Notes under the pieces: model-generated | What the model was told of the DNA's origin: nothing | Seen by the model: only the letters and a program-made list of their open reading frames with translations | Databases searched by the model: none | Sequence record: SRR31156797_966 | Length of the DNA stretch: 50,326 nucleotides | Direction: 5' to 3' (one strand) | Program-made: the position numbers and the translations under genes | In this document: positions 19,450 through 26,624 of the stretch, piece by piece | Layout: every line of letters starts with the position of its first letter | Numbering within the stretch: position 1 is the first letter of the stretch

Positions 19450-20887
19450 ACACTCCAATTTGAAGAAGCTGTTTTTAGTCTTCACTGCCAAGGGAGTGAA
19501 AGGTGTAGGCGGTTTGCTGCTGGCATGGGTATTGGCTAAGAAATACGGAGCATACGGAGCCGGACTATTTTTCATCGGCTACACTTTTGCTTTTCTCTGT
19601 GCCAATTTTGCTCAGTTGGGGCTCGGTAATGCTTGTCTGCGCTATATTCCGCAAGTCCGGGAGCATGATGAATCCAACCTTTCTGCTCTGTGGACCATTT
19701 CGCAGTTGATTGTTGGGGTCTTTGCTCTTCTGCTTTCTCTCGTGGTTATGTTTTATGCCGAACCCGTTGCGGGATTGGTTTTTAAAAATGTGTCAAAATG
19801 GACGTATATTTTTTGTGCTTCCCCCATTATCTTTTTCTGGAGCCTGACCAGAATCAATATAATGGTCCGCCAGAGTCTTGGTGATATGTCTGGAATTACG
19901 GTGGTGGAAAACCTGATGATTCCGTTGGGCATGTTGCTCTTGTCCGCTTTGACTTTTATTATCGAGTTTGACGTACTTGGCTTTCTTTCAGCTGTGACAG
20001 GTCTTTATATTGTGTCCTTTTTGTACTCATTCCTGAGTACTCGCAGGGATTACAGCTTGCAGTTCTCCCTGCGGTTGCGCAGTTCTGTAAGTGTCCGGGA
20101 AATTGTAGTTTATTCCATTCCGCTGTTGATTGTCGCATTTTCCCAAACTTCATTGATCTGGATAAATACACTTATCCTCGGTGCTGTAGGTGCTGTGGTG
20201 GATGCTGCTCTTTTTGTGGCTGCCATGAAAGTTGCGATGAGTATCTCCATATTACTTTACACATTTAACAGCGTCTATGCTCCACAGATTTCTGCTGCTT
20301 ATGCTCGTGAGGATAATGAAGCTATTTGTTCCCTGTACCGCGAGGCTACTCATGCGTTAACTTTTTTTTCGTTCATTCTGCTCGCCGGGGTGGCGGTGTA
20401 TGCAAATGTAATCATGAGTTTTTTCGGTGCACAATATAGTGCCGGGACAAGCTGCTTGCTTTGGATGCTGCTTGGGCAGATTTGTAATTGCTATACTGGG
20501 CCGGTGGGCTACTTGCTGATTTTATCCGGTAAATCAAGGTTGGAAGTTTTTAATACAGTTGCCGGATTGATCCTTAATGCGGGACTGTGCTTGGTTCTTT
20601 ACCACTTTCTGGGGGTAAGCGGAGCCGGTCTGGCTTTCTGTTTTTCCAATATATTGATTAATATGTTGCGTTATTTTCAATGTCGCAATCTTCTCGGCAT
20701 TAGTTGGTTGGACAGCAAACAGAAATTCTTTGTTATCCTACAGTTATTGTTGGTTTGCGGTTACCTGTTTTTTAATGAATATGGTGTGAATATGGAATTC
20801 TCCGTTGCGGTCCTTTTGAGTTTGTACTTATTGCTTAATATCAATAATATAAGGTTCTTGTCAGCTAGTTTGCACTCCCGGAATTAA
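19439..20887 (+). CDS. Wzx/MOP-family oligosaccharide flippase
   Basis: 12-14 TMs; FAQLGLG..LRYI, YSIPL, YAPQIS, FFGAQY. Confidence 0.85.
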   Translation: MSSKHSNLKKLFLVFTAKGVKGVGGLLLAWVLAKKYGAYGAGLFFIGYTFAFLCANFAQLGLGNACLRYIPQVREHDESNLSALWTISQLIVGVFALLLSLVVMFYAEPVAGLVFKNVSKWTYIFCASPIIFFWSLTRINIMVRQSLGDMSGITVVENLMIPLGMLLLSALTFIIEFDVLGFLSAVTGLYIVSFLYSFLSTRRDYSLQFSLRLRSSVSVREIVVYSIPLLIVAFSQTSLIWINTLILGAVGAVVDAALFVAAMKVAMSISILLYTFNSVYAPQISAAYAREDNEAICSLYREATHALTFFSFILLAGVAVYANVIMSFFGAQYSAGTSCLLWMLLGQICNCYTGPVGYLLILSGKSRLEVFNTVAGLILNAGLCLVLYHFLGVSGAGLAFCFSNILINMLRYFQCRNLLGISWLDSKQKFFVILQLLLVCGYLFFNEYGVNMEFSVAVLLSLYLLLNINNIRFLSASLHSRN

Positions 20888-21921
20888 AACAGATGCAGAC
20901 TTTGTTCGGGGACAGCTACCTTGATGGGGTGTCCCGGTTCCAGTTCGCCATTACCGATCATTTTACGCGGGACAAGCGCGTAGATTTCCATGCCATCGTA
21001 GTCAAGAGTTACCCGGGCATGGAAGCCCCCGGCAGTGATGCCTTTAATGGTAGCGTAAAAGCTGTTCTGTCCATTATGTTCCCCAATTTCACCGCCCAGC
21101 AGCACTTCTTCAGGTCGGAAGGCCAGTCTTGTTTCAGACCCTTTCCTTTTCTTAGTGTAAGCGAGGTCCAGATCGCCAAGTTTTACGTAATCCGTCATGG
21201 GCGTGCAGGGGTAGCTGTTGGACATACCCACGAATCCGGCTACGAATTCCGAGCCGGGAGAGTTAAAAATATCCCTGATTTTACCTTTGCGGACCAGCTT
21301 ACCGCTTTTGATGATGGCCCCGTTGGTGGAAAGATAGAGGGCTTCGTCAAAGTCGTGGGTGACCATGACAAAGGTGATTCCGGTTTCGCGATGCAGGTCT
21401 TTGAGCAGGTCTTGCACTTCTTGCCGGAAGGCCGGGTCCAGTGCGGAAAGCGGTTCGTCGAGGAGCAGCACTGCCGGGTCTACCAGCAGAGCGCGGGCAA
21501 TGGCGGCGCGTTGGCGCTCCCCGCCGGACAGGTGGCGCGGGGTCCGGCTTAGTAAGTGAGAAATATTTAGTTTTTCTGCCAGTTCTGCAGCTTTGCGCAC
21601 GGAGTTGCCTTCGCTGATACCTTTGTACTTTGCACCAAAGGTGATGTTCTCAAGTACGCTCAGGTGCGGGAAAAGGGCGTAGTCCTGATAGACAATGGAT
21701 AAGCCCCGCTTTTCCGGGGGCAGTTGAGTTATATTACTGCCGGAAATCTTGATTGAACCGGATGATACCGGGACCAGTCCGGCGATTGTTTCCAGCAGTA
21801 CTGATTTACCGGACCCGGTAGGTCCGAGCAGGGTGAAAAAATCACCTTCCGGGATATGCAGGTTGATGTCTTGCAGGGCGAATTTTGGCAGTTCAACGTT
21901 TAGTTTTTCAATTTTAATCAT
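20884..21921 (-). CDS. wtpC: Tungstate/molybdate ABC transporter ATP-binding subunit with TOBE domain (WtpC-like)
   Basis: GPTGSGKS, LSGGERQR, LLLDEP, VTHD; operon with wtpA/B. Confidence 0.85.
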   Translation of the reverse strand: MIKIEKLNVELPKFALQDINLHIPEGDFFTLLGPTGSGKSVLLETIAGLVPVSSGSIKISGSNITQLPPEKRGLSIVYQDYALFPHLSVLENITFGAKYKGISEGNSVRKAAELAEKLNISHLLSRTPRHLSGGERQRAAIARALLVDPAVLLLDEPLSALDPAFRQEVQDLLKDLHRETGITFVMVTHDFDEALYLSTNGAIIKSGKLVRKGKIRDIFNSPGSEFVAGFVGMSNSYPCTPMTDYVKLGDLDLAYTKKRKGSETRLAFRPEEVLLGGEIGEHNGQNSFYATIKGITAGGFHARVTLDYDGMEIYALVPRKMIGNGELEPGHPIKVAVPEQSLHLF

Positions 21922-22706
21922 GATTCCCTGCTCCCCAGTCCGCGTGAAAGAAGTCGTAGTGCCGCAAAGAGCACCAAAGAAAGAAAAATCAGCCAGATTG
22001 CCACCGGACGGGAATAGGAAAGTCCGTAGGCGGTGAAACGTTCATACATGAGTACCGGGGCGATCATGGGATGGTATGCTACAATTACCACCGCTCCGAA
22101 TTCACTGAGCGCGCGGGCCATACACATGATCATTCCGGTCAGCAGGGATCGCCACGCCAGTGGCAGGGTTATCCGGAAAAATGTTTGGGTTGGTGAAGCT
22201 CCCAAAGTGCGGGCCGCTTTTTCCAGCCTTTCGGGGACGGCCTCAAATCCATCCCGGGCGGCGTTGAGATAAAAAGGCAGTCCAACAAACACCAGTACGG
22301 CTACAATGCCCGTATTGGTTCCCATGATACGGATTCCGGCATCCAGTAACATCTGTCCGATCCAGTGGTTGCGCCCGGCAATGGACAGCAGCGCAATACC
22401 GATAACCGGGTGCGGAATCATGATCGGCATATCGATGATGGATTCCACTAATGCTTTGCCCTTGAAATCTTTGCGAGCCAGCATAAAAGCGAAAGGCGTA
22501 CCAATGGCGAAGGATATGAGTGCCGCTATGCCTGAACAGAGCATGCTGCGGGTAATGGCTGCGCGCACATCAGGGTCCATGATGGTTTCAAGCAGTTCAT
22601 TTACGCTTGAGCCGAGGATCAGTTGGCTTAATGGAACCAGAATGAAGCCAAGGACCATCATGGTGGAAATAATGGAGCTGATCGATGTTTTGTGGAATTC
22701 TCTCAT
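21918..22706 (-). CDS. wtpB: Tungstate/molybdate ABC transporter permease (WtpB-like)
   Basis: DMPIMIPHPVIG, EKAARTLGA EAA loop, ARALSEFGAV..AYHP. Confidence 0.85.
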   Translation of the reverse strand: MREFHKTSISSIISTMMVLGFILVPLSQLILGSSVNELLETIMDPDVRAAITRSMLCSGIAALISFAIGTPFAFMLARKDFKGKALVESIIDMPIMIPHPVIGIALLSIAGRNHWIGQMLLDAGIRIMGTNTGIVAVLVFVGLPFYLNAARDGFEAVPERLEKAARTLGASPTQTFFRITLPLAWRSLLTGMIMCMARALSEFGAVVIVAYHPMIAPVLMYERFTAYGLSYSRPVAIWLIFLSLVLFAALRLLSRGLGSRES

Positions 22707-22716
22707 GGGTGGAAGT

Positions 22717-22748
22717 AAGGAAAGCCGGGATTGTTCGCGGCTTTCCTT
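22717..22748. promoter_or_regulatory. Intercistronic stem-loop between wtpA and wtpB
   Basis: AAGGAAAGCCG-N10-CGGCTTTCCTT perfect 11-bp stem. Confidence 0.55.
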
Positions 22749-22760
22749 TTTATGTTCTGG

Positions 22761-23738
22761 TTATTTTTTTACTTTTACGAGTTTCTGCAGCTGGGCGGGC
22801 ATGTTCTTGATCATGGCTTCGTCAGGAACGATGGCCGGAACAAAAGGAGGTTGGCCCATTTCCTTGAGGATTTTCAGGCCTCCCTCGGGAGAGAGCATAT
22901 AAGCCATGAAAGCGGTGGCAGCCGCTTTGTTGGGTGCATCCTTAAGCAGGGTGATACCATAGGTGATGGATTTACCGACTCGTTCGATGGTGTTTCCAGG
23001 TTTCTTACCGCTTACGGTTACTTTCGCCTGCTTATAGAAGTTGTTGTATTTGTAGTCGGAAAGGTTGATGTGCTTATCAAGGGTGATGTATTTCAAGCCG
23101 TGCTGTACTGCTACGGAGAGGTATTCCCAAGCGTAGTCCATGTTTCCGGTCTTGAGCAGGGAGATCAGCTCAACTGATTTTGGACGAACCCATTCTTTTT
23201 TACGTTGGGAAACCAGTTTGTTATAGAGTTCGGATTTGCCGTAAAATTTTTCAGCCAGTTGCATGACCATTACGCTGCGGTAGCCGCAGGGGTCGAGGTT
23301 GGGATCGGAGTGACCCCAGACAACGCCGGGTTTGGCAATGATTTCATACCAGTTGTCGGCATTGATTTCCTCTGCGAATTTGGACTTGTCGGTGTAGCAG
23401 AGAACAAGCTGGTTGGTAGCGAAGCGGATGTTGAAGTCTGCGTATTTGGGGATCAGGTTTTTGTCGATGACCACGTAGTCAGCGGAAGCCATGATGTCAG
23501 CAGGTTTACCAACTTCGGAGATCATGCGGGCCATTTTGGTGGAACCGCCTGCTTCGCGTTTGATGTCGACACCGGGATGCATCGCTTCGAATTCTTTTTC
23601 CATTTTAGCAAGGGGAACGGAAAGGCTGCCGGCGTGGAACATGATTACATCGCCGCTGAGTTTTTCGGCTGCAAAGCCCGGAACAGCGGATACCATTGAA
23701 AGCATAATGAGCATCACTCCTAAAGATATTGAACGCAT
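22761..23738 (-). CDS. wtpA: Tungstate/molybdate ABC transporter substrate-binding protein WtpA
   Basis: Signal peptide; [45 protein letters not shown]. Confidence 0.85.
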   Translation of the reverse strand: MRSISLGVMLIMLSMVSAVPGFAAEKLSGDVIMFHAGSLSVPLAKMEKEFEAMHPGVDIKREAGGSTKMARMISEVGKPADIMASADYVVIDKNLIPKYADFNIRFATNQLVLCYTDKSKFAEEINADNWYEIIAKPGVVWGHSDPNLDPCGYRSVMVMQLAEKFYGKSELYNKLVSQRKKEWVRPKSVELISLLKTGNMDYAWEYLSVAVQHGLKYITLDKHINLSDYKYNNFYKQAKVTVSGKKPGNTIERVGKSITYGITLLKDAPNKAAATAFMAYMLSPEGGLKILKEMGQPPFVPAIVPDEAMIKNMPAQLQKLVKVKK

Positions 23739-23953
23739 TTTTTCTCTCCTGTTTAGGATAGTTAAAATTATAAGGTAATTGGAATAACCGTATATTTTGT
23801 AGGGGAATTGTTGTCAAATGCGGCATATGTCATGGAGAGCATAATAAAGGTGAGACCTAAAATGAAAGAGATAATAAATTATAAATCCTGTAATTGGCGC
23901 AGTCTGTATAGTTTGCTACTATGAACCAAAGGGGTTGTTGGGGGGGAATTATT

Positions 23954-24715
23954 ATGATGCGTATCTGTTGCCTGATTTTCATCTGCATCTTTTCGTTGTT
24001 TACTGATTTGGCTTTTTCAAAGAGCAGCAAGGAAGTTGTGCTCACGTATTATGAAAATGGGGCACCTTATTGTTGGAAAGACGAATCTGGTGAGATGAAG
24101 GGTGTTTTCGTTGATATTCTTACCGAGGTTCTGGAAAATAGATTAGGCTATTCTGTGAAACATATAGGCCTTCCTTGGATAAGAGCCCAAAAAATAGTTG
24201 AATCCGGTCAAGCTGATGGATTTTGTACAATCGCCACACCTCATAGAAGGGAGTATGCATATTTTATTAAAATTCCAGTCTTGAATTCTCCAGTTCTTAT
24301 TGCGACTGGTTTGCATAATTCCAAGCGGAAAGAAATATTGGGGATAAAAAGTCTTGATGAATTGAAAAAATACAGACTTGTAAGCTACTTCGGGGATGGT
24401 TTTGTTGCTATGAATCCGCATTTGAAATTTACTCTAGTGGAAAATCCAGTAAGGGCCATGAAAATAATTGCATACAATCGGGCGGACGTTTTTTTTGATC
24501 TGGATCTTTATGTCCGCAAATCCGCTATATTGGCAGGGGTTGTAGATGAGATTGAGACGGCCCCTTTCAAGGGATATCCTACTATGAAATTCCAGTTTGG
24601 AATCAGCAGAAAGTCTTCGTTGCTTCCTAAGGTAGAAGCGATAGATGAGGCCATTCATGAGATCCATCACGATGGTACCTATGAAAGAATTTTAAGAAGG
24701 TATATGAATCAATAG
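23954..24715 (+). CDS. Orphan periplasmic substrate-binding protein (family 3-like)
   Basis: Signal peptide; APY, G.FVDI, LPWIRA..VESGQAD, DGTYERILRRY. Confidence 0.8.
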   Translation: MMRICCLIFICIFSLFTDLAFSKSSKEVVLTYYENGAPYCWKDESGEMKGVFVDILTEVLENRLGYSVKHIGLPWIRAQKIVESGQADGFCTIATPHRREYAYFIKIPVLNSPVLIATGLHNSKRKEILGIKSLDELKKYRLVSYFGDGFVAMNPHLKFTLVENPVRAMKIIAYNRADVFFDLDLYVRKSAILAGVVDEIETAPFKGYPTMKFQFGISRKSSLLPKVEAIDEAIHEIHHDGTYERILRRYMNQ

Positions 24716-24745
24716 TCATTAATGGCGATTGTTTTCTAGAGGGAC

Positions 24746-24769
24746 AAAAAAAGCAGCATTAAATGCTGC
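24746..24769 (-). terminator. Intrinsic terminator
   Basis: Minus strand GCAGCATT-T-AATGCTGC followed by T7. Confidence 0.7.
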
Positions 24770-24924
24770 GCGGTAAGGTCCCTGTGGTGGGATTTTTGAT
24801 GAAACATGGGCGCAAAAATGCAGGTCAGCTTGTATGTCGATACCTGATTTTTGCGCCGCCCTCTGTCTCTATAGCCGTCTGTTGTTGAAGTTCATATTGT
24901 GCGGCTGGTGTTATCTAGATTTGG

Positions 24925-25143
24925 TTACTGGGTGATCTGTTCAGTCGTTTTTGTTTTGAGGTCGTTATCGTTGCAAAGTTTTACCCGGTTGTAGAAAAGG
25001 TCCTCAGGACCAACCTTGCTGAACAGTTCCTGTAGCAGAACATTAAGAAACATGCTTTTGCTGATTCCCAGATTCTGGCAGGCTTCCTCGATTTTTTCGT
25101 TAATTTCATGGTTCAGGTACACATCTGAAAGGCGTGTATGCAT
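24925..25143 (-). CDS. Small protein (72 aa), possible ribbon-helix-helix DNA-binding protein
   Basis: Strong RBS AAGGAGGT before ATG 25143; VYLNHEINEKIEEACQNLGISKSMFLNVLLQE fits the RHH pattern. Confidence 0.6.
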   Translation of the reverse strand: MHTRLSDVYLNHEINEKIEEACQNLGISKSMFLNVLLQELFSKVGPEDLFYNRVKLCNDNDLKTKTTEQITQ

Positions 25144-25322
25144 AATTACCTCCTTATTATTCAATGTGGTGTGTTTATTATATTGAGCTTCAATTCAATA
25201 CTTCATCATCTATTACTATTAACAACATAATACGAAAAAATAGTTATGTACAGTGGGTTGCGCAGTTTTAACCGTTCTGTCGTCAATTCTTAAACTTGTT
25301 ATTGGATTAAAGACTGAACGGA

Positions 25323-25390
25323 TGTGCAGTTTTTGAAGTTGTGCATTGCACATATGTGCAAAAAAGGTGTGCAAAAGGATGTGCAGTGCA
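25323..25390. promoter_or_regulatory. Cluster of TGTGCA repeats; putative enhancer-binding-protein sites
   Basis: TGTGCA at 25323, 25340, 25355, 25368, 25380; palindrome TTGCACATATGTGCAA at 25346-25361. Confidence 0.55.
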
Positions 25391-25445
25391 GGGTTAAGGA
25401 ATGTGTGCTTTGTTTTAAGTGCCTGTAAATAAATGGAAAGTGTTT

Positions 25446-25462
25446 TTGGCACGCTAGATGCT
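25446..25462 (+). promoter_or_regulatory. Sigma-54 (-24/-12) promoter
   Basis: TTGGCACGCTAGATGCT: GG(25448-49)-N10-GC(25460-61), close to consensus TGGCACG-N4-TTGCW. Confidence 0.75.
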
Positions 25463-25472
25463 AAGTAGAGAT

Positions 25473-25608
25473 ACAAGACGGGCGAAGAATTTGTTCCCCT
25501 GCACTTTCTTCAACAAGTGCCCGAATATACATATAGTCTTCATTCCTCATCATCACTCCTTAATACAAAAGGACCGGGACACCTCCAGCCCGGTCCTTTT
25601 GTATTTTT
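25473..25608 (+). ncRNA. Candidate sigma-54-dependent small RNA (~135 nt)
   Basis: Lies between the sigma-54 promoter and a strong terminator; no ATG in the transcribed interval; CU-rich anti-SD segments. Confidence 0.55.
25562..25608. terminator. Bidirectional intrinsic terminator
   Basis: 17-bp perfect stem AATACAAAAGGACCGGG / CCCGGTCCTTTTGTATT with loop ACACCTCCAG. Confidence 0.85.
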
Positions 25609-25613
25609 ATAGC

Positions 25614-26501
25614 CTAATTTTTTTTGCCCAGCTGTTGAATCACATTCCCCCCAACAATAAACAGAAGCCCTACCAGTGTTGAGGGCAGGATTTCTTCTCC
25701 GAGAATAAAGTGGATCAGGATTAATGAAAGAAATGGAGAAAGGAAAATCAGGTTGCTGACCCGCGATGCCTTTTCTGTCAGTTTCAAGGCGTTCAACCAG
25801 AGTGCGAAGGTTATGCCCATTTCAAAGAATCCCACATAGGCGGCAGAAAGGATGGCCGGGACATTGAATGGTGGCGGTCCGGAAAAGATAAACATGGCCA
25901 TGGCAACCAGCGGCAGTCCGAAGCAGAAATTGAGAAACAGCCCCACTAGCGGATCAGATTTGCTTTTAGTGTTCATGATCCAGTACAGGGACCAGATTAT
26001 GGTGCTGAACAAGGCCAGAAACACCCCGTAGCTATTACTGAATTGTATATTCAGCAGGTTGCCGTGGGTGGAGATGACCACAACGCCCATGTAGCTGGTC
26101 AGGATTGCCAGCAGTTCGCGTATGGTCATTTTCTGGCCTAGCAGGGGGATGGAAAGTAGCGAAAGGGTGATCGCCCATGTGTAATTAAGCGGCTGGGCCT
26201 CTTGCGCCGGGAGCAGGGCGTAGGCTTTGAATAGTATTATATAATACAAGAACGGATTGAGCAGTCCGGGTAGGCCGTTTTTGAGTAATTCTATTTTGCT
26301 CATCCTCTTTATATATGCGGTTTTATTTTGTATCTTTAAAATTACGAAGAGGGAGAAGGTGGAGAAAATAACCGCGTAGAAGAGCAGTTGCAGCGGGTCC
26401 ATATAGCCGAGGGCTATTTTGAATGCCGAGGCCACTGTAGACCAGATAAGAACGGCGGAAAGGCCGTAGAGGTATGCTTTCTTCTGGTTATGCTGCTGCA
26501 T
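25614..26501 (-). CDS. EamA/DMT family transporter
   Basis: About 10 TMs in two EamA repeats; LIWST, LNYTW, LIFLSPFLSL..LGE. Confidence 0.9.
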   Translation of the reverse strand: MQQHNQKKAYLYGLSAVLIWSTVASAFKIALGYMDPLQLLFYAVIFSTFSLFVILKIQNKTAYIKRMSKIELLKNGLPGLLNPFLYYIILFKAYALLPAQEAQPLNYTWAITLSLLSIPLLGQKMTIRELLAILTSYMGVVVISTHGNLLNIQFSNSYGVFLALFSTIIWSLYWIMNTKSKSDPLVGLFLNFCFGLPLVAMAMFIFSGPPPFNVPAILSAAYVGFFEMGITFALWLNALKLTEKASRVSNLIFLSPFLSLILIHFILGEEILPSTLVGLLFIVGGNVIQQLGKKN

Positions 26502-26624
26502 TTTCTAATTGCTCCGATGTTGCCTGAATTTGATTATTGGTGCATGTAACAGTGCATTCGAATTATCAAAAAAAGAAAAACAAGCATAGTCGGAATAGAT
26601 TCAAGTTTAGATTCGGGAGGATGA

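Noticed and set aside
18475-23738. Idea that the ABC transporter supplies sulfate to the sulfotransferase
   Set aside because: Binding protein is WtpA-like, not Sbp/CysP-like, and the operons are convergent
23739-23920. Possible ModE-type operator upstream of wtpA
   Set aside because: Only a partial half-site (CCGTATAT); no convincing palindrome
25323-25390. Repeats as CRISPR array or iterons
   Set aside because: Units are only 6 bp with irregular 12-17 nt spacing; no cas or rep genes
25219-25476. 85-aa minus-strand His-rich ORF
   Set aside because: Composition reflects the TGTGCA repeats; no convincing RBS
25458-25682. 74-aa plus-strand ORF over the candidate sRNA
   Set aside because: Its ATG lies inside the -12 element, it has no RBS, and it crosses the terminator into the convergent gene
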